From: Octopus sinensis
Taxonomy: Eukaryota
Assembly (NCBI RefSeq): GCF_006345805.1
Contig: NC_042997.1
Coordinates: 112,592,001-112,656,000 of the forward strand
Reading direction: 5' to 3'
Length of the DNA: 64,000 nucleotides
In this document: positions 1-13,556 of the stretch, one piece after another
Position numbering within the stretch: the stretch's first letter is position 1
How the letters are laid out: each line of letters opens with the position of its first letter
Made by a program: the position numbers and the translations under genes
The notes under the pieces: generated by a model
What the model saw: only the letters and a program-made list of their open reading frames with translations
Told to the model about the DNA's origin: nothing
Databases searched by the model: none

Positions 1-289
1 GTATCTACAACATAAAACAAGTTTGCTGTGAATTATATTCTTCCATTTTAAATAGAGTAAGGTGGGGTTATGAACTCATTTGCATACAGCCAATCAGAGC
101 TCAACTATCAAACTACTGTCCACCTGGTCACGAAAATACTCTGAGTTCAGTGGAAAATGTACGTTATAGCAAAATCTAACTGTTCTACACAGGTTAACAG
201 GGGTGACAAATGTGAAATTTAGTGTATAAAATGAATGGAGAGCTGCTCACTGATAATGCCATAAGTGTTGCCAATTTGTGCAATTTACT

Positions 290-690
290 AGAAAATGTAA
301 ATGAGTCGAGCGTGATCGGAGCACAATCCGAGCGTGATTGTTGCCAGAGCAGCCAACTGGCTTCCATGCCAGTGGCACATAAAAGGGCACCATTCAAGCG
401 TGATCGTTACCAACGTTGCCTAACTGGTACCTGTGGCAGTGGCATGTGTAAAAAGATTCAAGCGAGGTCATTGCCAGTACTGCCTGATTGGCCCCCGTGC
501 CGGTGGCACGTAAAAGCACTCACTACACTCTCGGAGTGGTTGGCATTAGGAAGGGCATCCAGCTGTAGAAACTTTGCCAGATCAAGATTGGAGCCTGGTG
601 CAGCCATCTGGTTCGCCAGCCCTCACTCAAAATTGTCCAACTCATGATAGCATGGAAAGCGGACGATAACCGATGATGATGATGATGATT
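290..690 (+). repeat. RTE 3'-end copy (representative of more than 15 such short copies, e.g. 2578-2960, 15670-16200, 21980-22490, 30130-30530, 48930-49300, 60370-60790)
   Basis: Same GTGGCACGTAAAA(A)GCAC...GAAGGGCATCCAGCTGTAGAAAC...(GAT)n sequence as the 3'UTR of the RTE at 18613-20413. Confidence 0.85.
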
Positions 691-3019
691 ACCTAATTTT
701 TTTACTAATTTTGTATATTCCTAAATTAAAATGTTGGTGTTGATCTGGAAACATCATAATCAATATGGTGCTGTGTTGTATTGCACCCTCCTTGCATTTA
801 TCAATGGGTACATGCAGTATCCCTAATCTCAGTCTGAGCATAAGTACCTAATGTTAGCTCCTGTCCCTCTATTATACTTTCACCTTCTCGCATCACCTGA
901 CACAAAGCCACCTCCCTTAACACTACCTCAACTCTCAATTGAAGTAGCTTGCTTTTCAAGTTGCTTAGAATTTCTCACAAGTTTTGATGCCACGTATAAA
1001 GTGCCCAGTGCACTCTGTAATGTGATTCTGTTCATCGTTGTCATTCATCCTCATCATTAAATATCTGTTTTTCATGCAGGCATGGGTTGGGCAAGTCAGA
1101 AGTCTGCTCCAGGTCCCATTGCTGTTTTGGCATGGTTTCTTCAGCTGGATGCCCTTCCTAATGCTTCAGGCCAACCAAAGACACAAAGACACACACACAC
1201 ACATAATGGGCTTCTTTCAGTTTCCGTCTACCAAATCCACTCACAAAGCTTTGGTTTGCCAAACCAGCAATGGGACTTGGGGCAGACTTCTGACTTGCCA
1301 GCCCCTGTTGAACCATCCAACCCATACTCTTTTACTTGTTTCAGTCATTTGACTGTGGCCATGCTGGAGCACCGCCTTTAGTTGAGCAAATCAACCCCAG
1401 GATTTATTCTTTGTAAGCCTAGTACTTATTCTATCGGTCTCTTTTGCTGAAACGCTAAGTTACGGGGACGTAAACACACCAGCATCGGTTGTCAAGCAAT
1501 GTTGGGGGGACAAACACAAACACATAAATACACACACACATACATATATATACGACGGGCTTCTTTCAGTTTCCATCTACCAAATCCATTCACAAGGCTT
1601 TGGTCGGCCCGAGGCTATAGTAGAAGACACTTGCCCAAGGTGCCACGCAGTGGGAATGAACCCAGAACCATGTGGTTGGGAAGCAAGCTACTTACCACAC
1701 AGCCACTCCTGCACCCATGCCAGCATGAAAAACATATTTAATGATGATGATGAACGACAATGATGAACAAAACTATAAAATCTAAAGACACAACATCCCC
1801 AAATCTTTTATCTTTTACTTGTTTCAGCCATTAGACTGTGGTCATGCTGGGGCACAGCCTTACAGAATTTTTAGTCAAATGAATCAATTCCAGTCCCTTT
1901 TCTTTTAAAGCCTCGTACTTATTCTATCAGCCTCTTTTGTCAAATGATGGTGGTGGGCGTGACAAACATAGACACAAAGACACACACATAATGGGTTTCT
2001 TTCAGTTTCTGTCTACCAAATCCACTCACAAGACTTTGGTTGGCCTGAAGCTATAATAGAAGACACTTGCCCATGGTGCCACACAGTGGGACTGAACCTG
2101 GAACCATATGGTAGGGAAGCAAACTTCTTCCCACTAAATTGTTATTTTAAATGATATTTATTCTTTAAACTATTAATAAAATTACAGAGATGTACTTGCA
2201 TAGCAAGTGACCTGATCTGAGATTGTGTGCTGGAACAAAAACAATTGCAGCATGCAAGGTGCTTACAAGCCATTTAAAAACACAAAAATTGTTAGATTCA
2301 CTTCAACATTTAAATTTAATTTGCCAAAATATTTTTGGCGCTTTGAGATGGCAACCTGTTCATTGACAAAACTCCATGCTGGAATTTTGTCAGTGAACAG
2401 GTCGCAGTCTCAAAGCAACGAAAATATTTTGGCAAATTGAATTTAAATGTTGAGTGAATCTAACGGATTTTGTGTGTTTTTATATGGCTTATAAATACTT
2501 TCCACGCTGCAATTATTAGTAAAATGAAACAAGATTTTCCACTTCAAATCACCAATAAATAAATATTTTACACCAACCATTATCATCATCATCGTTTAAC
2601 ATCCATTTTCCATGCTGGCATGGGTTGGACGGTCCGACTGGGGTCTGGGAAGCCAGGAAGCTGCACTAGGCCCCAATCTGATCTGACAGTGTTTATACAG
2701 CTAGATGCCCTTCCTAATACCAACCACTCTGGAAGTGTAATGGGTGCTTTTTACGTGCCACCAGCACAGGGGCCAGAGGTGCTGGCATTGACCACAATCA
2801 GATATTGCTTTTTACGTGCTACCGGCATGGAGGTCACACTACAATTTCCATTTGATTTGATTTTGATATTGCTGTTGATGTACTTGACTCAATAGGTCTC
2901 CTCAAGCATGGCATGTCGCCCTACGATCCAAGGTACTTTTGAGTGGGCTGGTTATGTGACACTAGTGTCAATAAAGTTTTTTTTATCAGAAAAAACAACA
3001 AAGGAAAGTTTGTTCTTAC

Positions 3020-3121
3020 CCTCTTTGACGTCTTGCTCTTGGGTGTCCTCAGAAACTGAGCTCAACAAACTCATTCCTTCTTTGTGGAACTTCTCCATTT
3101 CTTCAAGTCTTTTCTTCCGTG
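3020..3121 (-). CDS. HYDIN: HYDIN exon 14 (RKKRLEEMEKFHKEG...QDVKE)
   Basis: TTTTCTTTTAG acceptor, GTAAGA donor, 102 nt, phase 1-1, charged low-complexity linker. The gene continues beyond the window. Confidence 0.78.
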
Positions 3122-4167
3122 CTAAAAGAAAAAAAAATTTAAGATTTTAAAAAATCAAGAAAAAGGTTCCAATAAAATCTCTGTGGCTGTGTGGTAAAAA
3201 GTTTGCTGCCTAACCACATGGTTTTGGGTTCAGTCCCACTGCGTGGCACCTTGGGCAAGTGTCTTCTGAGTGGATTTGGCTGAAGGAAACTGAAAGAAAC
3301 CTGTTGGTGATATGCTATGCTTGAGAAAACCCATCAAGCCAAATGAAATCATAGTTGTATCTGATGCTGGTGTCACATAACTGGCATCCATGCCAGTGGC
3401 ACGTAAAAAGCACCTTTCAAGCGTTGGGCCTCACAGAGGCTGAGCTCCTTTTGAGTGTTGGGCCTCACGGAAGCAATGATCAAGATCTTTGGCATTATGT
3501 TGTGCTTGGGAAGAAGACCCATCAAATGCCAAGTAAAATCACAGTCATAGCAGATATTGGTGTCACACAAATTGACACATAAATTCACCCACTACACTCT
3601 CGGAGTGGTTGGTGTTAGGAAGGGCATTCAGCCATAGAAAACCATGCAAAATCAGACTGGAGTCTGGTGCAGCCTTCCAGCTTGCTGACCCTGGTCAAAC
3701 CATCCAACCCATGCCAGCATGGACAATGGATGCTAAATGATGATGATGATGGTACAAATGTATATATATAAATGTATATCCATGTGTTGGTGTATGTGAG
3801 TTAAGCTAAGTGGTGCACTATGAAAACACATCCTAGGTATGGTGGCAGGCAATGAGTAAAAGAACACTATACACACAGTGAGAAACAAAAAAAAACAAGG
3901 AATAAATGACAGAGTTGTTAGGGGGGGGGGGCTGCACAGTTATACAAAGGAGAAATTTTTAAATAATTTTATCTTCAATTCTCCTGCAGTTCTTATGATT
4001 ATTTCATAATCATCATATCAGTCAACATCATTGGGGTACTGGGGTAGCCATGTAACACTTCTAGAGTAAGATGACTATCTCTGTCCCCCAGTATGGCCCA
4101 CAGTTCAATGACTAAACAAAGTAAATGAAGATAAGAGATGATAAAAAGAAAGTAGAAGTCTTCAAAC

Positions 4168-4270
4168 CTTTATAAAAGTCAAGCAGTTCTTGGGGTAACT
4201 TCTCCCCAGCAGCCCGAGGTGGTAAAAGCAAGGTTTTATAATCATCATAGCCTCGCATCAGACGAAGAAT
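4168..4270 (-). CDS. HYDIN: HYDIN exon 13 (ILRLMRGYDDYKTLLLPPRAAGEKLPQELLDFYK)
   Basis: CTAACAG acceptor, G|GTTTGA donor (weak), 103 nt, phase 0-1. ILR...GYD...LLLPPR..GEKLP motif. Confidence 0.85.
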
Positions 4271-7200
4271 CTGTTAGAATTAGAAATAGCGTTTCTTAAA
4301 TTAAATCCTCAACGAGAGAGAAAAAAATTTTTATTCAAAACCAATTTCTTCATAACAAAAGATTAATATTTTTAGCTAACAGAATCGTTAACACACCTGA
4401 CAAAATGCTTAATGGCATTTCATCCATCTTCACACTGAGTTAAAATTCCACCAAGGTCAACTTTGCTTTCATCCTTTCGGGGTCAATAAAATAAGTACCA
4501 GTTGGACACTGGGGTCAATCTAATCAATTTACTCACCCTCCCCTGATATTGCTGGCCTTGTGCCGAAATTTGAAATCAATATTTTCATTTAAAGTCATAA
4601 TACGGTAAACATAATGATTTTTAAAAGTAATGTTGGTTCTGAGACATCATTATCTACTCTTCATCCATTAATTTTGTTTGTTTCATTCACATTTTACACT
4701 GACCCATCCACCCCACCTAGCCACCATATTATGTCTCCTCCTCCTCCACCACCACCACCACCAGATGTCTCTTACCCTTTTCATGCACTACACCTGCCTC
4801 TTTCTCCCCTCCAACTCCTGCCACCACGTCATCTCACTCGCTCTCTCTCTCATCCCCACCCCATTTACTGTATCCTCATTACTATTCTACTCCACTCCTC
4901 ACCCCTTTTTCTGCACTGTCAGTCATCTCCTACTCTACCCTACTTCCCCCAACTCATGCATAATCGGTCGGCCTTTTACTCCTTATTTACCATTCACTGC
5001 ACCCACCCTTCAACCTTGCCCGGCCTTTAAGGTTGTTGTCTACTTCCCTTCCCCCCACCTTTCACTCCCCTATACACTGTTGCAACCTCCATCCACCCCC
5101 ACTTCTGAGTCTCTTGTCCCCCACCTCATTTCTACTCATCTCATACCATGAAGGTCCACACAGATGCCTCATCACCACCACTTTGCTCTCCATCACCTCA
5201 GTCACTTCTACTCTCTCTCTTAAAATGTGAGGAGTCATTATAGCTACTCTGCAGCAAGAAAGCTGTCCTTCTCTGGTCCCTTCTCTCACACAGTTACCTC
5301 TCAACTCCTAGGGTAAAGCCACCTCTATTGGGATTGTAATCTTGCAAGCTGCATGGTGACCTCACTGGTGCTGGTGCCATGAAAAACATATCTAGTACAT
5401 TTCTATATTTAAGAGATGAGGAATTATGTACATTATTTACATTTGACAGATATTTGTCCTCATCTTGTTTGTTGTTAACACAACGTTTTGGCTGATATAC
5501 CCCCCAGCCTTCATCAGGTGTCTTGGGGAAATTTCAAACATTAGGAATGAGAACCTGATGAAGGCTGGTGGGTATATCAACCAAAACGTTGTGTTAACAA
5601 CAAACAAGATGATGACAAATATCCATCAAATGTAAATAATGTAAATAATACATCTAACACATGTTGTAACTTCAAGTAATTAACTATGTCACCATAAAAA
5701 GCATGGAAACGTATGTGAACATGGTCTGACCAATCAGATCAGCTGGAATGCAACCACATAATGGTAGACTTGAAAGTAAGTTTTGGGAATTTTCCAACCA
5801 AATAATTTTGCAGAAGGTTCTCAAAGTTTTGACTAAACGTTATAAAAATCTAGGATACTGAACTGCTACATAGAACAGTTTCACCCTTTCTACTTATTCT
5901 TTAATAAGCATGAACATTTTCATATAAATAACTAAAATATTTGATCCAAGAGGACTTAACTATCACATTTACAATCTCATGTATAGTGTTTTATTCAAAC
6001 AATTGTTGTACATAGATAAATACAAATGTACTGGGTAATATAATATATGTAAACTTATATGTATGGTCAGTGGCAGACTGACCAGGTTGCCAGTTTACCT
6101 GATGGCAAATGAGCCCCTGCACCATTAGAGTCCATATATGGGGGCCCATGTTAGTATCTAAGAGGCCCATCTCCTCAAGTTTGAGAATTTTTTATTCACT
6201 CCTGGAAGAATACATTATTTCAGCCTGGCTGTGTTTGTAGACAGCTGAAAAGAATATTTTTAATAAAAAAAAAAAAGCATTAAATGAGAGCATTGCAGTT
6301 GCAGGTGAGCCCCCTTAGTCTCCTGGCAACCAATATTTTTAGACCCAGTCCACCACGGTGTGTGGTTATTCTAGTCTTCACACACAGCCTGTCTAATATT
6401 ATGTACTATCAATGACAAACTAATGATTAAAACCTGCTAGAATGATGACTCATCATTGTTGTCATCAACACCGCCACCACCAACATCATAATTGTCATCA
6501 TCATCATTATGATGAAAAGTCTGTTTTTCATGCTGGCATGGATTGGAGGTTTGATAGGAGCTGGTAAGGTTGGGAACTGCACCAAGTTCCAGTCATCTGT
6601 CTCAGCATGATTTCTACAGCTGGATACCCTTCCTAACATCACCCACTTTACAGACTGTATTGGGCGCTTTTCCCATCGAAATGGCACAGGTGCTTTTTAT
6701 GTGGCATGAGTGGGATCACCAAGTAACTTGTAGGATAAAGACCTCTTAGTTGAGAGAAGAAACAGAACAGAGGGAAGTGGTTGCATGCCAGGTGAGTGGT
6801 TAGAGTGTGATAGGAGAAATTATCATCTGACTATAGAGGAGATATTTGGCTACGAGAAAGGAGAAAGAATGAGGGAGACAGTTAGGGAGAAAGATACACC
6901 ATCAATGAAGTTTATCCAAGGAAATGACCACAGACAGTTTGGCTCCAGTGTTGTGACAGGTGTTAGTGTCAGAAGACAAAGGACCAGAACAGACACCAAA
7001 AAAGCATATCTTTTCTGATCCTCTAATGGTTGCACCAACCTACTGTCTTGGATCGGAATTTTTTTATTTACCTCAAAAGGATGGAAGGTGAAGTTTACCC
7101 TAGCAGGATTTGAACTCAGAGTACAGACATTCAGAATAACTACCACAAAATAATTTACCTGGAACTCTAACAACTCAGAGCTAGTTTGTTGCCCAAATAG

Positions 7201-7481
7201 CAAGTATAAAAATTATGATGATGATGATAATAATAATGGAAATAAATACAGAAAAGTCCCTTACAATCAGCCAGTGGTGTTCCCAACCATTTCTTGCCTG
7301 CGGACCCCTTTGATTTCTATTTTGCTCCACTGGAACGCCCATAACCATTTGAAGTTTTAAAATATCATATTTTTTTTTTATGATTAAATATTATTAGGAA
7401 TTCAGTTCAATATTTATGAGATGAGGAATTATATACATTATTTATATTTGATGGATATTTATCCTAATCTTGTTTGTTATT

Positions 7482-7527
7482 AACACAACGTTTCGGTTGA
7501 TATACCCTCCAGCCTTCATCAGGTGTC
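7482..7527 (-). ncRNA. Minimal type I hammerhead motif (dimer-type stem III)
   Basis: GACAC-CUGAUGA-A-GGCUG...CAACC-GAAA-CG-UU-GUGUU. Extra A after A9 and ACGU palindrome as stem III. Mirrored copy at 7771-7816 (+) has a damaged stem I. Confidence 0.6.
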
Positions 7528-7574
7528 TTGGAGAAATTTTGAACCTGGGTTCTCATTCCTCAGGTATTTTTCGA

Positions 7575-7608
<34 letters not shown>

Positions 7609-8084
7609 GTTCAGGCCACTGCCTGGAATTGAACTCAGAATCTTGGGGTTAGCAGCCTGTGCTCTTAACCCCAAGATTCCAGGTTCAATTCCAGGCAGTG
7701 ACCTGAATAATAATACTAATAACATCGAAAAATACCTTGGAATGAGAACCCAGGTTCAAAATTTCCTCAAGAAACCTGATGAAGGCTGGAGAGTACATCA
7801 GCCGAAACGTTGGATTAACAACAAACAAGAGGAGGACAAATATCCGTCAAATGTAAATAATGTAAATAATGTATTATTAGGAATTGTATAAAAACAATTG
7901 TTAAAATATTTTGTGTGTTGAACAAGTATAATGAATCTATTGCTAATTATCAATGACAAAATCATATAAGGACACCCCCCACCCCACCAAGGGCCATGTG
8001 GACCCCAGTAGAGAACCACTGATATAGGCAATGAAAACCTTTTCAATAAATCCCATTTTACTTCATCTCAAATATTGGAATTAC

Positions 8085-8324
8085 CTTTTCTTCTTCAAGA
8101 TAGTTGCTATCAAAGTCCACACTGTAGAATTCTATTGGGAAATCGCATGGATTCTTCACAATCACTTCTTTCTCATCCCCGCAACTGTGTGGAAGAATTG
8201 GTCTGTATGTGACGTGTTCTTCCAACAACTCAAGAACTGGTTCAATGCCATTTCCTTTACACTGAAGAATGATTCTTTCACTGCTTTGGGCAATTCGGAT
8301 TGGTATTCTCTTTTCATACAATTT
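8085..8324 (-). CDS. HYDIN: HYDIN exon 12 (KLYEKRIPIRIAQS...GDEKEVIVKNPCDFPIEFYS...EEEK)
   Basis: TTTTTTGAAG acceptor (alternative in-frame AG 21 nt upstream), GTAATT donor, 240 nt. GDE.EV.VKNPC.FPIEFYS is diagnostic of HYDIN. Confidence 0.92.
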
Positions 8325-10286
8325 CTTCAAAAAACAATACAATTTCTATTTAAATGGAATTTTTTTTTTTAAATGGATTTAAAAAAAAAAACAAAAACAA
8401 AAATCTTCAATATTCTCCTGAATTCTCAATATTCAAACGTTTCTAAGTATATAAATCAGAGAGGAAGTGATTTGGAAAGAAGCTGCTGTTCTTTTTTTAA
8501 AGAAAAATGTCATTCATGAGATAACGGGAGGTGGTGGAGTTTTTGAGTTTTACAAATAAAATTTGTAATAAATTTTCATGTGTACAAAGAATAATGAGAG
8601 CCAAAACAATGACAATCATCATCATCATCATCATTTAACGTCCATTATTTCCCGCTGGCATGGGTTGGATGGTTTAACAGGGGCTGGTAAGGCCAGGAGC
8701 CACCCCAAGCTCCATTGTCAATTTTGGTATGGTCTCTACAGCTGGATGCCCTTCCCAATGCCAACCACTTGACAGAGTGTACTGGGTACTTTTTATGTGG
8801 CACCAGTGCTTACCATGTGGCATGAGTGCTGACAGAGTCAACCACTAACTGACAAGACAAAAATGAGGTGCATATTCGTTTTTAATTTTCTAGCACATTC
8901 CAACATATTAGAAGCTAACAACTTCAGACAATGCATGTTCACAAAACACTTGATTCATTGATATAAGGGGCCTTTGAGAGAGAGCAGTGTTTGAACCTGG
9001 CCATATCTTTTCAATAAGTCTAAACAAGAATGGTGGCTCTTGTTTATAGAATTCAGGAAACAAAATTATTTTACGAAGCATGCCGATGCCTGCTGTCGCA
9101 GAGAATGTTGAAATATTCTCTTTCAAATGCTATTTTGACAAAAGACAAAGTCAAAATTGATAACTCGCTCTCCTCTTATCTCAACATCACAAATGAGCAT
9201 TTGTGATGGCCAGAAATGAGTTCAAACATCTTCTGTATATTCTGATAAAAATAAATACATAGCAGGGTCTCTATACCCAAACATAATCTGTTCTGGAGTC
9301 CTGTTCATTAATTAAACTGTTTCTTACAGGAGTAATTAAAATACATATAAATAGTGGGGGGGATGTCATTTATTCTAAGCCTCACCCAAACTCTACATAA
9401 AGCATGAAATGATGCTTTATTTGTCCATCCACTAACAGGAAATACATAAATATATGTATATATCATCATCATCATCACTGTTTAAGATCTGTTTTCCATG
9501 CTGGCATGGGCTGGATGGTTTGACTGGGGTCTGGGAAGCGAGAAGGCTGCACCAGGCTCCAATCTGATCTGGCAATGTTTCTACAGCAAGATGCCCTTCC
9601 AACGCCAACCACTCCAAGAGTGTAGTGGGTGCTTTTTACGTGCCACCAGCACAGAGGCCAGAGAGGGCTAGCATCAACCATGATTGGATGGTGCTTTTTA
9701 TGTACCACCGGCACAGAAGCCAGTCAAGGCAATGCTGGCATCAGCCACATTTGAGTGGTGCTTTTTCTGTATATATATATAATGTATGTATGTATCATCA
9801 TCAGCATCATCATCATCATCATTTAACGTCCGTTTTCTATGCTAGCATGGGTTGGACGGTTCGACTGGGGTCTGGGAAGCCAGGAGGCTGCACCAGGCTC
9901 CAATCTGATCTGGCAATGTTTCTACAGCTGGATGCCCTTCCTAACGCCAACCACTCCATGAGTGTAGTGGGTGCTTTTTACATGCCACCATCATAGATGC
10001 CAGGGGAGGCTGGCAGCGGCCACAATCGGTTGGTGCTTATATATATATCATCATCTGGTATGGGTCAGATGGTTTGACTGGGCCTGATGAGGTGGGGAAC
10101 TGCACCAGGTTCCAGTCTGATTTGGCATGGTTTTTTCCACAGTTGGATGCCCTTCTTAATGCCAACCACTCCAGGAGTGTAATGGGTGCTTTTACATGCC
10201 ACTGGCACGGGTGCTGAACATGTGTGTGTATGTGTGTGCAGCATTTGTTCCTTTGTCTTGCTTATGTTTTTAGCAAAAACAATATA

Positions 10287-10449
10287 GGCGCAGGAGTGGC
10301 TGTGTGGTAAGTAGCTTGCTTACCAACCACTTGGTTCCAGGTCCATTCCCACTGCGTGGCACCTTGGGCAAGTGTCTTCTACTATAGCCTTGGGCCGACC
10401 AAAGCCTTGTGAGTGGATTTGGTAGATGGAAACTGAAAGAAGCCCATTG

Positions 10450-10482
<33 letters not shown>

Positions 10483-10640
10483 GTATGTGTGTGTGTGTGT
10501 ATGTTTGTGTGTCTGTATTTGTCCCCCCAACATCTCTTGACAACTGACGGTGGTTTATTTACGTCCCTGTAACTTAGCGGTTCAGCAAAAGAGACCGATA
10601 GAATATGTACTAAGCTTCCAAAGAATAACTCCTAGGGTCG
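10287..10640 (+). mobile_element. tRNA-derived SINE (representative; other copies about 1328-1713, 20440-20818, 24125-24530, 37880-38278, 39530-39925 on minus)
   Basis: A-box TGGCTGTGTGG, B-box-like GGTTCAGTCCC (GGTCCATTCCC in this copy), CORE-like CTTGGGCAAG, internal (TA/TG)n. Full copies of the family end GGTGCTCCAGCATGGCC...TGAAACAAGTAAAAGA; this copy lacks that tail. Confidence 0.8.
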
Positions 10641-11488
10641 ATTTTCGTTGCACCCCTTAAACCCCATCCCCAAGCTTCTGTGTGTGCGTGTATGTTGTCT
10701 ACTCATGATCTTTTGTTCAAATTTTAAACCATTAAACAAATGGTCTTCCAAACTCATGTGGAATTTCGTCTTGGTTCATTCATCAAATTCCATGTTGCAG
10801 GAAAACTATTATTCAATTAGTTTATTTAGAGAATTATTTTTTTTCTTCTTCTCCTTCTTAACCATCATCATCATCATCATCCTTTTACGTCTTTTTTTCC
10901 CTATGGCATGGGTTCTTTGCAATAGTAATTTCCATCATTTGAAATTCGAATTATTGTTCCCAATATGGGTAAAACATTGTCTTTCAGTCTTGGATACAAC
11001 AAGATAAAATATTAGTCATTAACATGGTAGAGCTACAAGATTTGGGGAAATAAATCTCTCTCATCCACCTCTGATACGGCACCAAAATTCTTCATTAAGG
11101 ATGGCTCAACAAGCTATTAAGTGGAATATTTCTTTGAGGATTTCCTTTGTGTTTAGAGAGCATCTCCATTTGCTTGTTTATTTAATGTCTGTTTTTCAGG
11201 GTCAACATGAGGTTTTTTTTTGGGGGGGGGGATCTTTTTTGAGACAAGATTTTATAGCTGGATGCTCTTCCTGTCACCAACCTATAGCAGTTTCTCAAAC
11301 ATAGGTTGTTTCTTATTTATTCCAAAGGCCTTCAAACACACAGAGCAACTGGTCAAAATATCAACAAGAAATGTAAACATTTTATTACCAGTAGCGACAA
11401 GCAAAGCAACGGAATGTCAATATTCATGTACACTGGGGGGGGGGGACACAGCAAGAAAAAAAGAGAGAGAGATGAATACAAAAATTAC

Positions 11489-11635
11489 CCCTTCCGTTGG
11501 CATGAATTTTACTTGAATATTTACTCTTTGTCCTGGCTGGAGTACTCCTGAGGGAGGAATTATTTCAAAGTTCTTACGTGGTCTCATGGCCAATGCAGCT
11601 TTTTTATTTGCTGTGTCTTGTGCTTCATTTTTGGC
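11489..11635 (-). CDS. HYDIN: HYDIN exon 11 (AKNEAQDTANKKAALAMRPRKNFEIIPPSGVLQPGQRVNIQVKFMPTEG)
   Basis: CTTAG acceptor, GTAATT donor, 147 nt, phase 0-0. FEI.P.SGVL.PG...QVKFMP motif. Not in the ORF track. Confidence 0.88.
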
Positions 11636-12114
11636 CTAAGAGAAGAACAATTCACTGGATGAGAATTTCTAAGAAATGCCAAAGCATGAATTCTTTCAGG
11701 ATCACAAAAATTACTGTTGTAACTTCAACATTTTGATTAAATATTACTCTTTCCAAACATTCAAATCTTTACATCTCCAAAAATAATTCTAACCCCTTTG
11801 ACATCAAAACCCACCCAAAACCCTTGGTTCTGCGAAACAAACTTCCTGTTCTAAAGCGATCTAAGTTAAAATTCTTTCCACCAAAATTTCAAGTTGATTC
11901 CAAACACTGCTTTAATAATGGTAAAGTTATTTTACTAAATTCTTTGTTATTTTCAAAATTAACTGAAATAAATGAAGTGTATTTGAACATAAATATGGTA
12001 ACAAAAGGGTTAAAGTGATCTAAATTAAAACATTTGTATTTCAAAAGAAATATGGTAACAAAAGGGTTAAACATGAGCAATATTACAGCTGTAAATATTT
12101 TTAAGAGGGCTTAC

Positions 12115-12309
12115 CTGATTTTTCTTGGACGAAGATGGAAGATAGCTCCATTCACATTGAACATATTGGTGGTTATGAAGTTGGGTGCTCATTATTTTAC
12201 ACTCACCACATTTCACATTTTCAAAATCCAGTATATCATGAGAAACTTCCATATCAGGCATGGTGATATGAGCGCGAAGAGACACAATAATTTGTGGGCC
12301 ATTTGTTAT
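12115..12309 (-). CDS. HYDIN: HYDIN exon 10 (ITNGPQIIVSLRAHITMPDMEVS...CGEC...CEW...KKNQ)
   Basis: TAATAG acceptor, GTAAGC donor, 195 nt, phase 0-0. Confidence 0.88.
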
Positions 12310-13556
12310 CTATTAATGATGTCACAAATAAAATTAATAAACAAAAAAAAAACAAAAAAAATAAATGAAATGAAATGTTAAAAAACAGTTATAAGTTCTG
12401 CAACACACCACCACCACCATCATCATTTAATGTCCATTTTCCACGCTGGCATGGGTCAGGCATTTAATAGGATCCAACTAGCTGGAAGACTGCTTTATGT
12501 TCCAATACATACTTTGGTTTGGTTCCTATAGGTGGGTGCCATTCCTTATGCCAGCCACTTTACAGTGTGTACTGGGTGCTTGGCATGTAAAAAGCACTAT
12601 CCAAACATGATCGATGACAGGCCCGCTTAACTGGTCTTGTGCAAGTGGTACATAAAAAGCACCATTCGAGCGTGGTCGATGCCAGTACCGCCTGACTGGC
12701 TCCTGTACTGGAGGCATGTAAAAAGCACCCACTATAGTCTCGGAGTGGTTGGCATTGGGAAGGGCATCCAGCTGTAGAAACCTTGCCAGATGAGATTGGA
12801 TCCTGGTGCAGCCATTGTCTCTTCAAACCTCAAACCGTCCAACCCATGCCAGCATGGAAAACGGATGTTAAACAATGATGATGATGATGATTAACATTAG
12901 TGAGATCACCAAGTAAGTCACATGACAAAGAAAAAGGCCCTGAGTCAGCAGGTAATAAAGGGACAGGTGACTTAATACCAGGTATTGATAAATTAAAGTA
13001 TGATAGAGGGACTGGCATAGGTGTCTTACTATAGGGGAGATATGTGGCCAACCCACAGTATATAAGGGTGGGTGAGGGTAGGTGATGGTGGTGATGGGGT
13101 GGCAGGGTGGACTCTCAAGATACAAGAAGGTAAGTTTGAGAGAGAATACAAAACATCAGGAATGGTGAGTGGACAAATGGGTTAGGGTTAGGTGAGAGGA
13201 GAGTGAGAGATGGTTATAGATGGGTGTTGAGGTGAATGGAACCAGGGTGGAAATGTGGATAATGGTAAATACCAGTGTGGGGATGGGTGGGGAGGTGAAG
13301 GAATGGAAATGGCTGAGAATGGATGATGTGATAATGGCAGGAGAGAAAGGGTGGAGAACAGCAGTGAAATAAACCTGTAGATGGATCAGAAAATATACAT
13401 TTATTATATGAGAGCCATGTCAGGTAAATAGAGGTACATGTTCTTTGAAGCAGTTAGGGTGAGATAAGTGATCAAATGTGTTTTTTTTCCTTTTGTAGAA
13501 GCAGTTAGGGTGAGATAAATGATCAAATGTTTTTTTTTTTTCCTTTTGTAAAGTGA

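Noticed and set aside
8908-9126. 72-aa minus ORF as an extra HYDIN exon
   Set aside because: Flanking exons already join in frame and collinearly with HYDIN; no recognisable motif or convincing splice pair.
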